Source: Anthoceros angustus (Eukaryota > Plantae > Anthocerotophyta). Taken from it: a stretch of 64,000 nucleotides of DNA. This document shows, in pieces, positions 25,057 to 37,551 of this stretch; position 1 is the stretch's first letter, and every line of letters begins with the position of its first letter. The translations under genes were made by a program, and so were the position numbers. The DNA lies in contig VJWM01000044.1 of the NCBI GenBank assembly GCA_010909165.1, forward strand, positions 1,798,001 to 1,862,000, written 5' to 3'. The notes under the pieces are model-generated. The model did no database searches and had not been told where the DNA came from. It saw only the letters and a list, made by a program, of their open reading frames with translations.

Positions 25057-28000
25057 TGAAGGATCGTGGCAAGACAATGGTGGAAGAGGAGAGGAGAGAG
25101 TAGGCAAGTGTAACCTCTCACATTGAGATGAGGCTTGGAGGGCATATACCTCCACAGCCCCTAGGAGGCTCCACAAGAAGCCCAAAGGAGTACAAGAAGC
25201 CCCTAGGAAGGAGCACAAGAAGCTTCCTAGTGATTAGCTTTTAAACTAATGATACTTAATCGACACCTAACTTAGACTAAGTGTATTAGTCTAAGTACAT
25301 TGGGCTTTAATACCCTTACAACCTCCCACTTAAAGGCCAATTTACCTTCAGGAGAATGGACTATCTCATGCCCATCGTGTCCGAGCTTGTGCAAATTGTC
25401 TCAGAGAGTCCCTTGGTAAGAATATCGCAGGTTCTCGGTGTGAACCTTGACAAGTTGTACCCTCTGTCATCCAACACCTCTCGAATGAAGTGATACTTCA
25501 CATCCACATGTTTAGTCTTCGCATGAAACATCGGATTCTTTGCCAATTGATAGCACTGCTATCACAATGCAACACCGGCATCAACCTTGATCCCCAAGTC
25601 TCCCACTAAACGAGCAAGCCATATGGCTTCCTTGCAAGCCTCGCTGTCGCAACATACTCGGCCTGTGGTAGATAGCGAATGCACGATCGCAAACGAGATC
25701 GCCATGAGATCGCCTCCAAAGGCACGTGAAGACATAACCTGATGTGGACCTCCTTTTGTCCATATCCCCTGCATAATCAGCATCTGTGTACCCAACCACA
25801 CATGCATCTTCACTACCAAAACATATGCACAAAGCTTTTGTACCATTCAGATACCTCATAACTCCTTTTACTGCCTCCCAATGCTTCTTGCCAGGGTTTG
25901 ACATAAACCTGCTAACCACTCCCACTGCAAAGGCAATGTCAGGACGTGTAGCAATCATTGCATACATCAAACTCCCTATAGCTGATGAGTATGGGACCTT
26001 CTCCATTTCAGCGTTGTCCTCCTCAGAGCTTGGGCAATCCGCGCTTGAAAGTTTCACATATGGAGGCAATGGAGTACCCAATGGCTTCCCTTCTCCATGT
26101 TGAAACGCTTGAAGCACCTCGTTAATGTATTCCGTCGAGACAAAATAAAGCACGCTTATGTCTGCTCCGGAATACGCATGCCAAGTATATGGCTCGCCTC
26201 CCAAGTCTCGCTATTTCAAAGTGAGCATTCAACTTTGACTTCAACAAATCTCATCAAGATCGCTCAAAGAATTAGCATATCATCCACATAGAGGATCAAA
26301 ATGAGCAAGCTTTGATCCTTAGCTTGCTTCAGATAGAGGCAATGATCCTCATCGCCACGCTTGTAGCCTTGAGAAAGCATAAATGAGTGGAACTTGTGAT
26401 ACCACTGGTGCCTGCTTCAAACCATAAAGGCTCTTCCTCAACCTCGCACACCGATGCTCTTTGCCCTTCTCAACAAAACCTTCGGTTAGACGCCTCTTGA
26501 AGGTCACCATGCAAGAATGCCGCTCGACATCCATCCGCAAGTTCCATATCATTCCCCGCAACCAAAGCAAGAACACATCGCAGTTGTCATTTTGACTATC
26601 GGTGAGAAAATCTCATCAAAGTCAATGCCCGTTGTTGCTTGAAACCCTTAGCAACCAATCGTGCCTTGTACTTTGGTTTGCCATCGCATGACCTTCATCT
26701 TGTACACCCATTTGCACCGGTAGTGCCTTCTTATCCTAGGCAACCAACCAACTCCCAAGTTTGGTTCTTATGCAAATAATTCATTTCGATCGCATGGCCT
26801 TCTCCCACTTCTCTTGTTACTCATTGACATGGCCTCTTTGTAAGAAGAGGGTTCCCACAACTGTCAAAGATAACATAATCCAGAGATGGATCATACCCGA
26901 GGTCGTAATCGCCTCGACCTACGGGCATGTGCACCTCTATAGGTGCTTGTTCGACTCTTGGTTCATCTATCGGTGGAGGAATGTGCTCGCACATTACCAC
27001 TTATCAACCCGCCCATGATGATCATGTCCATCTTCTTGAAGATCACCCTTCGCACCTCCACAGCTTGGAGTAGGCTTCGTGCATCTTGTTCTCATTGAAG
27101 AACACGTTAGTACGAACAACCTTTCTAGCCTCGATCCCACAAACGGTATCCCATCTCACCGTAATCACCATAGCCAAGAAAAATACATTTCTTGGACTTA
27201 GGTGCCAACTTGTCCCGAAACTCTTTTGGAACATGGCAAGATGCCTCACTACCAAACACTGCAGATGCTTGTAGGATGGTTTCTTTCCGCACTATAGCTC
27301 CTCCGAACCCGCCATCAACAAATTTTATTAGGAGATCTTAATAAGATGAATCGCAGAGACATCCCGCCCAAAACCCATTAGGCAATCCGTAGTTTGACAA
27401 CAAACCACGATCCTCTCCTCGAATGGTTCTTCATCCGCCACCCACACCATTTTGTGGAGGAGTATACGGCAAATAATTCTCTTGATTCCCTTGGAATCTG
27501 TAATGACTGGAAAGCTTTAAACATACTTCCACCATTATCCGCCCTTAGACACTTCAATCGGTGGCCGATCGATTCTCTACAAGGGTGACAAATTTCAAAC
27601 ACCCGTAACTTCATCCTTTTTCCTCAAAGGATAAACCCACACCATGAGAAATCATCTATGAAAGTGACAAAATAGAGGCACCGCCTAATGATGCAAGAGG
27701 CATAGGTCCACATACATCATGTGAACCAACTCAAGAGGTTTACTCTACTTTTTTCTTGTTCGATGTGATGATTTTGTCTGCTTCCCATATAAACAAATCA
27801 CACATCGAGAGATCGAAGTTAAGAACAGGATATAACCGTAATCTAGATAAAACCTTCATTCCCTTCTCGAGACATATGTCCTAACCGCAATGCCACAAGG
27901 AAACATTTGGTCGCTGTCACGATCACATGATCGATGTTGTTTACCAAGTGAGTACAAAGTGCCACACTTCGATCCACGAGCTAACACAGAGAACCTTGAG

Positions 28001-29948
28001 ATCTTCCAAGAGTGATCCCCAAAACCAAGGTAACCAAAGATCATCCAACCGCCCCGCTAATCATGCTTTTGTCAACTTCGAACATGCCTAACGCCCTTCA
28101 AAGATGAATGAAGATCCGTTGTCAAACTTGAGACATCACCACGCGATCCGCATGCGTAGTTATTTCCAAGCCTAACGATCCTTTCCTTGTAGCATCATAC
28201 GCTAAACCACTCTCTATGAGGAGTAACATGGAAAGATGCACCGAGTCAATTATCCAATTGCGTAATAAATGACTATCCACGGTTAATCAGCAAGATTCAA
28301 GTAAGAAGAGATAAGGACATCTCCGCCCTCAGAAGTTTAACTCTTCCAACTCGACATTCAAGTCGCCTTCGCCCCGCTTCTTTTCCTTGGTCCTTTTGAA
28401 CTTCTCGCACTCTCTTTTGAAGTGACCCCTTTTGTGACAATAGTGACACTCCACATTCTTGTTACGACTACTAGATTTGCTGAAAAAGCTTCGTCCTGCT
28501 TCCCTTCGCAGCGGACCTCCCTCTCACTATGAGGGCACCGGAACCTTTGAAGGTTCCATATTTTCCTGCTCACCTCGCCAATGTGCTACCTTCTACATTT
28601 ACAATGGTAAGACCACTAGCAAGTGCAATTACTCGTATTTAAAGGTGTCCCAACTCTCCGTAATGTGACCAATGTAAACATAGCCTCACTAACTGGGAAT
28701 GTGATACCTTGAGATGAGAGTGAAAATGGTATTGAAATCATTCGATGATCGGACATCCTCGTCCTTCCTTCATCTTCAAGTCCACCACCGTTTCAACCAA
28801 TACACCGAGAAGCCGCACTTTGCTTCTCACAGTGTCACACATTCCGCCACAATCCGAACTCGTGGTCTTATCTTTCACATTGAAGTACACTGCTTTTGAC
28901 AATGTTAGCATGATAGTAGATCTAGCAAGCTCATCCAGGTCCTGCCACTCATCCCTGTCATACTATCTGGTTTGACGCCTAACAGCTTTATGGGCTTGAT
29001 CTGCTTTTTCTGCACTAGAACATTATACACTTGTTCTTTCCAGAACGGGAAGTTAGTACCATCTAACTTCTCGATATTGAACATGACGTTTTCTTTCCGA
29101 TGATGAAGACATCATGACTCAAAAATCGATACAGATAAAACACTCGACTCGCCTTGTCGAAAAGTCAAAGAAGAAAACACACCGTGTCCCTGTATTTTGC
29201 CGCTGATTCCACGAGTATTCCACCAATATGTTCCGCGCTGCTCACCGCGCGCCGCGGGCTGCCCATGCCTGCCACCGCGGCTCCGCCACTGCGCCGCACG
29301 GGCCACCGCACCGCTGCCTCGCACGCCACGCCGCGCCGCGCCGCTGCCGCCATGGCTGCCCCGCCTGCCCGCGGGCCCACCACATCGCGGCTCGGCCGCG
29401 CTCACCACCGCCGCCCGCCGCCTGCTCGCCGCGCTGGCCACAGCGGGCGCCGCTGCTCGCGGGCCGCCGCGCTGGCCCGCGCTGGCGCGCTGCCACCGCT
29501 GCCGCCGCCGCGCCTCGCCGCGACGCCTGCTGCCGCTGACGGCCACGCTGGTGGCCGCGCACGGCCCGCCAGGTCGCGCCGCTCACGCCTCGCCCCACCT
29601 GCTCGCGCGCCGCCACATGATCACCGCACCACGAGCCGCCACTGCAGCCTAGAAAATTCTAGCAAACACAACAAACCAAAGCTCGATACCGCTTGAAGGA
29701 TCGTGGCAGCACATGATGGTGGAAAGAGGAGAGAGAGGAGGAGGCAAGTGTAACTCTCTCACATTGAGATGAGGCTTGAGGGTATTTATACCTCCAATAG
29801 GGCTCCTAGAAGCTCCACAAGAAGCCCCCAGGAAGGAGCACAAGAAGCTTCCTAGTGATTAGCTTCAGCTAAACTAATGATACTTAACTGACACCTAACT
29901 TAGACTAAGTGTATTAGTCTAAGTACATTGGGCTTTAATACCCTTACA
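25057..29948 (-). mobile_element. Full-length degenerate Ty1/copia element (Tnt1/Tork-like)
   Basis: LTRs 25057-25320 and 29694-29948 (TG...CA); TSD GATGA at 25052-25056 and 29949-29953; degenerate iMet PBS ~29681-29691; PPT ~25321-25335; motifs IEKLDGTNF, CLRADNGG, LRKSLYGLKQAP, VPYSSAIGSLMYAM, YTDADYAGD, TKHVDVKYHFIRE. Confidence 0.95.
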
Positions 29949-30632
29949 GATGATGCTCCTCCTGAATTCGTCCCAACTGCTAGTACGGAAGGGTCCTAAG
30001 AATCCTTATCGTATCTTAGAAGCACAGTTCGGACATTTCGGACCTTCTAAATCCAAATCTATTGTTAATTTTTACATCTAATCTTTATAACTCAAAGAAA
30101 TGCGATAAGAAACCTTAAAATTCTAAAATTATCTGGTTCTTATGTTCTGCGATTTAGCGAATGTGTGAGCCAATTCCGATATGTGTTCGGTCGCAATTGA
30201 GTTTGATACTCTAGTGATATAATTGGAGGGAAGCACTGTAGGCAAACTTCGGCATTGTCAGCCTTCTTCTTTGGCTTTGCAATTTTTGCCCTATTAAACG
30301 AGTCCAATTCTGGTATAGGTAATAAAAGTCATTCATGCATGTAGGTACTTAGCATTGGGTGAATGATTGAAAAGTGAGTCGTTCTTGGGGAGATCTGAAA
30401 TGCGTACACGATAATCACATAGACGTAAACTTGAAATAACCTGCGTATATGTATGAATAGTATTGCTGCTACCTATCTATCCTAATCGCGGCCATCCACT
30501 TGATTCATTCAAAGCTGATGGAATATGCAAGCGGCATGCCATGCTCATTACTACTCCCACTAAAGTCATCCATGCCATTTGTATCGGCGGGTCGGCTAGC
30601 GTGATGCATTTTGGGCCCCGCTTGTGCCAGTC

Positions 30633-33600
30633 ATGGCTGTCCGGAAGGTAGCTGACCCCAATGAATCAACCGTCGAAACTTGCGAAACAGCATTGCCTGA
30701 GGAAAGGCAGCCCAGCGCGTCCAAGAGGATGTCTGGCTGGAGACGGATCTTGCAGCGAGGGTCGTCGCCGGGAGCTCTTGTGTCCACAAATTTGTGTGGA
30801 CCCCGAGATGGGCAACGTGAGAGGAGCTTTCCTTTTCAGGCCTTCAGGCAAAAGGATTCGTTGCAGCAGGTCCTCTGGCTAGACAGATTCGACGGTGGGG
30901 CTGGGGTGGATGTGCAGCTGGGTGCTCCTGATATGCAATTGTCTTGTCGAGACTGGACCTCCCACTGCAGCGTGCCGGCTGATGGAGACCCTGGCAGGCC
31001 TGCAGGATATGAAAGTAGCGTGATGCAAATATGTCAGCAGGGCCAGCTCGCTGAGGCCGTGGAGGTCCTGAGTTTTCTGGTTCACACAGGTTGTCAGGTT
31101 TCCAAATCCCTGTTTTATGTTGTTCTGAAACATTGTGTGGGTATGAAGGATTTGCGACTAGGCCGCCTTGTTCATACCCTCTCCGTGACGACGGGGTACG
31201 AGTCGGATACGTTCTTGTGCAATCACATCCTGCGGATGTATAATTCTCATTCCAGGTTACAAGAGGCTGTGGATGTGTTCAGTATGGTAGCCAAGCCAGA
31301 TGTTTTCACTTGGTCTGCGATTATTTCTGCGCATGTAAAGCAGGGACATGACAAGAAGGCCATGCAACTGTATCGTCGGATGCGCAGGTCAAGTGTGAAG
31401 CCGAATGGCCATGTGTTTGTAGCAGCTCTGCAGGCTTGTGCGATGGGAGTAGACTTGGAATCTGGGCAGCAGGTGCATGCTGATGTCGTGGCTATTGGTT
31501 TTGAGGCTGATTTGTTTGTCTGCAATTGCTTGGTGGACATGTATGCAAAGTGTGGCAGTTTGGCAGAAGCTCAAAGAGTCTTTGACGGGGTGCGTCAGAA
31601 AGATGTGGTGACCTGGAATGCCATGATAGCAGGCTATTCCCAGCAAGGCATGGGTAAGGAAGCCCTTACTCTTTTTAGTGCAATGCAAGATGAAGGCATG
31701 GCTCCACCTGATTCTGTGACGTTTGTGTGCCTGCTGCAGGCATGCGCAAGCGTGGGCACGCAGGCTTTGCAGATGGGAAGGCAGCTGCATTCGCAAATAA
31801 GAGAACAAGGACTTCAATCTCATGCTTTTGTAGCCAGCAGTTTGGTAAACATGTATGCAAAGTGCGGAAGCCTAGAGGATGCTCAAGGCGTGTTTGACAA
31901 ACTTCGTGAGAAGAATGTGGTGACGTGGAATGCCATGATAGCAGGGTATTCCCAGCTGGGCATGGGGCAGGAGGCCCTTGGTCTTTACAGGGCTATGCAA
32001 GGAGAGGGCATTGTTACGCCCAATTCTGTGACTTTTGTGTGCCTCCTGCATGCATGTGCAACTGTGGGGATCCCAGCTCTGAAGAATGGGAAGGATCTTC
32101 ATGCACGAATTAGAGAATACAGACTTCAAGAGAATCTGTTTGTAGCTAACAGCTTGGTTAACATGTATGCGAAGTGCGGTAGCCTGGAGGATGCTGAGAG
32201 TGTGTTTGATGAACTTGATCGGAAAGATGTGGTGACGTGGAATGCCATGATAGCAGCATACTCCCAGCAGGGAATGGGGCAGGAAGCGCTGGATCTCTAC
32301 AGAACTATGCAAGAAGAAGGCATGCCTGCGCCTGATTCTGTGACATTTGTGTCCCTCCTGCAGGCATGTGCAAGTTTGGGCACCTCGGCTTTGATGAGGG
32401 GGAAGCAGTTGCATGCACAGATAGGAGAACGAGGGCTTCAGGCTGATGCATTCATAGCCAACAGTTTGGTAAACATGTACGCGAAATGCGGCAGCTTAGA
32501 TGATGCTCAGGGCCTGTTTCACAGACTTCCTCATAAAGATGTTGTGACATGGAATGCCATGATAGCTGGATATTCCCGGAAGGGCCTGGGACTGGAAGCA
32601 ATTCATCTTCTCAGTGCCATGAGGGACGAAAGGATGGCTGCACCCAATTCCGGGACATTTGTGTCCCTTCTGCAGGCATGCGCCAGTGTGGGCACCCTGG
32701 CTTTGGAAAATGGGCGTCAACTTCATTCAGAAATTAGGGAACAAGGACTGGAAGCTGATGTGTTCGTTGTCAGCAGTTTGATAAACATGTATGCCAAGTG
32801 TGGCAGCCTAGAGGAGGCCCGGGGCATGTTTGATGGACTTGTTCAGAAAGATGTAGCAATGTGGAGTGCCATGATAGCAGGCTATTCTCAGCAGGGCATG
32901 GGGCATGATGCTCTTCGCCTTTACAGGGCTATGGAAGAAGAAGGCACTGTTGCACCCAATTCTGTGACATTTGCTTGCCTCCTCCAGGCATGTGCCAGCG
33001 TGGCGGCTTTGCATCTGGGAAGGCAGCTTCATGCTCAGATTACAGAACAGGGACTTCAAGCTGATGTGCTTGTCGCGGTCAGTTTGATAGATATGTATGG
33101 AAAGTGCAGTAGCATGGTGGAAGCACTGCATGTGTTTCAAGCACTGCCTGAAAAAGATGTAGTTGCCTGGAATGCACTCATTGGAGGATATACCCGTCAA
33201 GGGGATTGCGACAATGTCTTCGACTTGGTTGTCAGAATGAGAGAGGATGGCATACAGCCAGACAGTATTACGTTCTTGAGTGTACTGACAGTGTGCAGTC
33301 ATACGGGTCTAGTGAATAAGGGGCGAGAGTATTTTGATGTTATGAGCAAACAGTGTGGCATCAAGCCAACAGCGGACCACTACACATGCATGGTGGATCT
33401 GCTTGGTCGTTCAGGGCAACTGGATGAAGCACTAGCTTTGGTTAGGAGCATGCCTGTACCGCCTAATGCTGCAGTCTGGCACACTCTCTTGGCTGCTTGT
33501 AGAAAGTGGAGCAACGTGGAGGTGGGATGCAGTGCTTTTCATGAAGCAGTTTCGCTAGACCAGAAAGATTCAGCAGCGTATGTGTTGATGTTGAACATAT

Positions 33601-33758
33601 ACACCGGTGCCCAGATGTGGGAGCAGGCACAGGAGATGCAGGCTAGGAGAAAAAGAATCAGGGCATGGAAGGAGCCAGGCCGGAGCTGGTGGACAGACAT
33701 GGACGGACAGGTTCATAGTTTTCTCGTTGGGGATAAGAAGCATCCTACGCTGAACTAG
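30633..33758 (+). CDS. PLS-class PPR protein (~23 PLS motifs, E1, E2, WW-type E+), putative organellar RNA-editing factor
   Basis: Intronless ORF with regular P (VVTWNAMIAGY), L (SVTFVCLLQAC) and S (FVANSLVNMYAKCG) triplets, then P2-L2-S2, E1/E2 and KEPGRSWWTDMDGQVHSFLVGD. First in-frame ATG is at 30633. Confidence 0.95.
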   Translation: MAVRKVADPNESTVETCETALPEERQPSASKRMSGWRRILQRGSSPGALVSTNLCGPRDGQRERSFPFQAFRQKDSLQQVLWLDRFDGGAGVDVQLGAPDMQLSCRDWTSHCSVPADGDPGRPAGYESSVMQICQQGQLAEAVEVLSFLVHTGCQVSKSLFYVVLKHCVGMKDLRLGRLVHTLSVTTGYESDTFLCNHILRMYNSHSRLQEAVDVFSMVAKPDVFTWSAIISAHVKQGHDKKAMQLYRRMRRSSVKPNGHVFVAALQACAMGVDLESGQQVHADVVAIGFEADLFVCNCLVDMYAKCGSLAEAQRVFDGVRQKDVVTWNAMIAGYSQQGMGKEALTLFSAMQDEGMAPPDSVTFVCLLQACASVGTQALQMGRQLHSQIREQGLQSHAFVASSLVNMYAKCGSLEDAQGVFDKLREKNVVTWNAMIAGYSQLGMGQEALGLYRAMQGEGIVTPNSVTFVCLLHACATVGIPALKNGKDLHARIREYRLQENLFVANSLVNMYAKCGSLEDAESVFDELDRKDVVTWNAMIAAYSQQGMGQEALDLYRTMQEEGMPAPDSVTFVSLLQACASLGTSALMRGKQLHAQIGERGLQADAFIANSLVNMYAKCGSLDDAQGLFHRLPHKDVVTWNAMIAGYSRKGLGLEAIHLLSAMRDERMAAPNSGTFVSLLQACASVGTLALENGRQLHSEIREQGLEADVFVVSSLINMYAKCGSLEEARGMFDGLVQKDVAMWSAMIAGYSQQGMGHDALRLYRAMEEEGTVAPNSVTFACLLQACASVAALHLGRQLHAQITEQGLQADVLVAVSLIDMYGKCSSMVEALHVFQALPEKDVVAWNALIGGYTRQGDCDNVFDLVVRMREDGIQPDSITFLSVLTVCSHTGLVNKGREYFDVMSKQCGIKPTADHYTCMVDLLGRSGQLDEALALVRSMPVPPNAAVWHTLLAACRKWSNVEVGCSAFHEAVSLDQKDSAAYVLMLNIYTGAQMWEQAQEMQARRKRIRAWKEPGRSWWTDMDGQVHSFLVGDKKHPTLN

Positions 33759-35240
33759 CTGTTTCTCAAACTGAAGAAAGGACATGTATCACGATCTATC
33801 TGATGCTGGCAACAAAGATCCTTTTTGCGGACAGAATTTACTTGAGAGTTCGAACATGTGACAAGCAGCTTTCGACTGCAGAGTGCTAGTGAATCTTCAG
33901 CCGGACGCTCCGCAACCCAAGGAATCCCTTATTAAGCCTGTAGTACGTCCCTCTAGACGAGTTCGTCCCTTGCAAGTGCAAGGGCGTTGAAACAGTCATT
34001 TGTACATCGATACATGTCTTATCTTTCGACTGAAAACTTGGTTTTCGAGAGGCAGGATTTCGTTTGTGATCGGCACGTATGAAAATCCGAATTATATTAG
34101 CAGTGTGTGAAACATTTCTGCGTATCTAGGTACTCTCTCTTCAAAGCAGCAGAAGGCACGCTAATCACTTCAAATGGTCTTCATCCAACGCCAAGGTTGC
34201 AGATTGCGGCCTTTCCAGTCTTGTCGACATTGGCAAGACAATAGAGAAGACAACTTGTGCAGGAGAAAAATCATGGAGTGATTATAACTGGCATGAAACT
34301 GCGTGGCTCTTCAACATCGAGCTAAGAGATCCCGAGGCCACGCTCCGAGGCAGCAGCAGCACGGCGACGCAGGTGCAGACTAGGTAGGAGGTCTGCAGCC
34401 AGCGCCAATTTGTCACTCTTGGTTGGTTTGTTGGTTGTCGGTTTGTTGTGGCAGATCAAAAATCTTAGGACATACGGTTTCTAGAGTCTCATAATCTCTC
34501 TCTAGTAAATGTTAGATAATAGCCATTCTTGCGATGTAAATATTTTTTTAAAATAGATGTGATACTTCTTGTATTAATTGATGTTATAGAAGCCCTTGTT
34601 GTTGCAGTTCTACATCCCATGGTTTAATTATTGTTAAATTTTTTGTTATAATCATTATAAAATACGTAATGACATATCTATTTATTATATAGGCTGTTAA
34701 TACATGCCATCATATAAACATGTTGATATGATATTAAAGGTAATATGGTAGATTGATATGGAGATGACATAGGATATTTATTCACGAGGGGATACCATTG
34801 CATATTTATTGATGTGGAGAGGATATTACATATTGATGTGGTAAGGGATTTGATATCTCATCACGGGAGGATAAATTCCCTGCCCACGATTCTTCCAGAG
34901 ACCCCACAACTGCCGAAAGGATATTACAGGAGGCATGTCACGGACAAGCTAACAAGATATCCTAAGTTTCAGCAGTTAAAATGCCCTAAGTATTATCCAA
35001 TTTGCGACACACTCTAAGTAATATTCTATTTACAACATCATTGTTACATTGTAACTCAACATATGTATGTTTACAACGTTATTATAACTTAGCATCTATA
35101 TCTTCCCTTCCCCATCTTTACTTTCCCAATACACGTCAAACACATATTGGGAAGTAAGCATAAGGTACTATCTGAAACTAAACTATTGGATTGACTGTAC
35201 AGCTACCCAAAACAGTCCATTTTAGACTTTGCAGCTGCAT

Positions 35241-36761
35241 CTACGAGTCCTTGCCTATGTACGTTGCACTGGGTTTGAATACCTGGTAACCATGGGAGAG
35301 ATGGGTAAGTAAATGAGGGCAAACCAGACGCCACGTTCGGTCGGAGATGCTATATGCCAGCAAGCGTGTGGACCAAATCTTTCCACCCACACTAGAACTG
35401 GTTATGACTAGACATATAGTGTTTCCAACTAAGACGGCACCGTCCATTCTCAGCCCTGTCCGTTCCCCATCTCGAGACAACTCTGCCACCTCGTGTCGTA
35501 AGGTGGCAGGCAAGAGCGAGAGGTATTCCCACTGAAGGCTGCGCAAATTCAAATGCCAAATGCCATGGTTGAGCAACTCGAAGCTAGTGGTATCTCCCAC
35601 ACTGTATATTCTTCCACAATGCTCAAACACCTTCCTGGCACAATGCATACCACCTGAATTCAGATTCTCCATCCAAGAACGCTTCTGCACCTGCTCCCCA
35701 TCATCCATGGAGTGCACATGGATATCACCCTTGGCAAAAACGTACATGAACCCTCTACAAACGACGTATTGGGCACTATGGTTCAGCTCAGGAACAACAT
35801 ACCGCCGATTTTTGTCCCGAAAGTACGTTGATTCCCATCTGTCAAATCGGGAGAAATACGTGCTGGCAGCCAGCCTCTGCTGATCCATCTTAAGCTTGCA
35901 GGCACGCACGCTGACCACAGTGAGCTTGAAATGCGCGCTGGGAGGATCCTCCACCTCCAGCGTCACCTTCCACTTGAGGTCAGTCATGATCGTCCAAATC
36001 AGGTTGCGAGGGCCAGATTTGCTCACCCAGTAGCGCGTGTCTTCCGGTCCGAACTCCGGTGGCAGCTCCTTCCAAGTCTGTGTCAGCGGGTTGGCCACAC
36101 AGAAGCTCATGCCTGCAATGTCCCCAAAGTCCTTGCGCCCACGATCCTCGGCCAAGCTCAACCTTTCCGGCCTGAGGATGCAGATCAAACCACTCTCCGC
36201 CACAAAATCCGAGGCCGAGAAATGCCGGAATTTCTCAGGCAGAAAGGACAAGGAGAGATGGTGAGCTCTCAATCGCGGCAGGTTGGAAAGCAAGGAAGCG
36301 TCCCCAGGGAAGAGGTCCCGCGGAGACAGCTGCGGGCCTGGCTGGTACTCCAGGGCGCAGATGAGAGGCGGAGGCGGCTGGCCCACCTTCTTGCACATCT
36401 TCTTAAACCGGGGGGTGTCGAACAGATCCTTCCAGCCCCTGCATACTGCGCGAAACCGACACCTGCTTGTCAGGGGCACCACTGCCAGAATCCTCTCCAG
36501 CATCTCCTCAGGCAAATTCGCCCACAAGCTGCTCTTCATCTCCAGGCCCAGCACATCGAACCGACCCTGCAGCACGTACATCATAAACTGCGGCTCTGCA
36601 TTTTCAGGCCTCCCCCGTTTCCTGCTGCTACTCACAGGAGCTTGCACCTCAGACTGCGGGTCTGCGATTGCAGGCCTCAGCTCAGACTGCGACTCTGCGT
36701 TTACAGGCCTCCCCCGTTTCCTACTCCCGCTCACAAGCTCTTGCACCTCAGTCTCCTCCAT
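35241..36761 (-). CDS. Intronless F-box protein with an FBA/kelch-like C-terminal region
   Basis: F-box LWANLPEEMLERILAVVPLTSRCRFRAVCRGW; ESGLICI and CVANPLTQTWKELP motifs; probable ATG at 36761. Confidence 0.9.
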   Translation of the reverse strand: MEETEVQELVSGSRKRGRPVNAESQSELRPAIADPQSEVQAPVSSSRKRGRPENAEPQFMMYVLQGRFDVLGLEMKSSLWANLPEEMLERILAVVPLTSRCRFRAVCRGWKDLFDTPRFKKMCKKVGQPPPPLICALEYQPGPQLSPRDLFPGDASLLSNLPRLRAHHLSLSFLPEKFRHFSASDFVAESGLICILRPERLSLAEDRGRKDFGDIAGMSFCVANPLTQTWKELPPEFGPEDTRYWVSKSGPRNLIWTIMTDLKWKVTLEVEDPPSAHFKLTVVSVRACKLKMDQQRLAASTYFSRFDRWESTYFRDKNRRYVVPELNHSAQYVVCRGFMYVFAKGDIHVHSMDDGEQVQKRSWMENLNSGGMHCARKVFEHCGRIYSVGDTTSFELLNHGIWHLNLRSLQWEYLSLLPATLRHEVAELSRDGERTGLRMDGAVLVGNTICLVITSSSVGGKIWSTRLLAYSISDRTWRLVCPHLLTHLSHGYQVFKPSATYIGKDS

Positions 36762-37551
36762 GTGGGACCGTCCACAAACACAAGCGAGCAGGTACAATCA
36801 CGTGACGAGTGCGACCATAGTGCCGTCGATTCCTCGAGCCTACGCATTCCCCGATGCCCGTCTTCTAGACATCCCTCACAGAGCGAGGCACTAATTCAAG
36901 CTCGTTCCGGCTTACCAATTCAAACCGCTAAGGGCGGCAAGCTGGGAGGCCCAATCAGAAGTGGGAAAGAAAACCATTTTCGTTTTTTAATTTTTTACAC
37001 ACATCGACTACGGACACACCTACATTCGAATGCGGTCAGCCTCTCATGAAGAGCTCTCGGAGACAAGGAACCAAGCCCGTGGACAGTGAGAGGTCTCTGG
37101 AGTTCTTCCGAGATCATTCTCCAACAAGGACCACGAAGCTGCCACCTACAGCAACTGGTACCACAGACCAAAAAGAAGTTTATTACTTTAAGTTTCCCAC
37201 GCTTCCCAATATAAACACTGGGGGAGGAAGCCTGGGCTGCTCTTAGTCCTCCAAGTCAGTCGCCCCTACAATGGGCAAAGCCGCTAGCTTCGTTTTTATG
37301 GTGAAGCAGTCTTAAGTCTCTACATGTACATAGAGGAGAGGACGTTGAGGCAACAAATGGGTATGTGCTCAGTCTAACGAGTTCTGTCTCAAGGACATGA
37401 TTAATAGCTCAATATCTGCCCACCTTGCAATTCTAAGGTATACACAAACACCCACTGAGCCTGCAGGCGAGGAGTGGAAAAAGAATTTCTAGGAACTAAC
37501 AATGAAAAGGGGCCCTTGAGGGCAGAACAGGAAATCCCTAGGGCCTCAGCC

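Noticed and set aside
29112-29696. Overlapping Ala/Arg/Pro-rich ORFs in all frames
   Set aside because: Very GC-rich copia 5' leader, where stop codons are rare by composition.
6778-29948. Dense frameshifts as programmed recoding or proof of old age
   Set aside because: Indels are concentrated in repeats while unique genes are clean and TSDs are intact, consistent with unpolished long-read error and/or ordinary decay.
34500-35100. AT-rich block as a possible solo LTR
   Set aside because: No convincing TG...CA boundaries with a TSD.
35931-37049. 372-aa plus-strand ORF
   Set aside because: Antisense shadow of the F-box gene, with no recognisable motifs.
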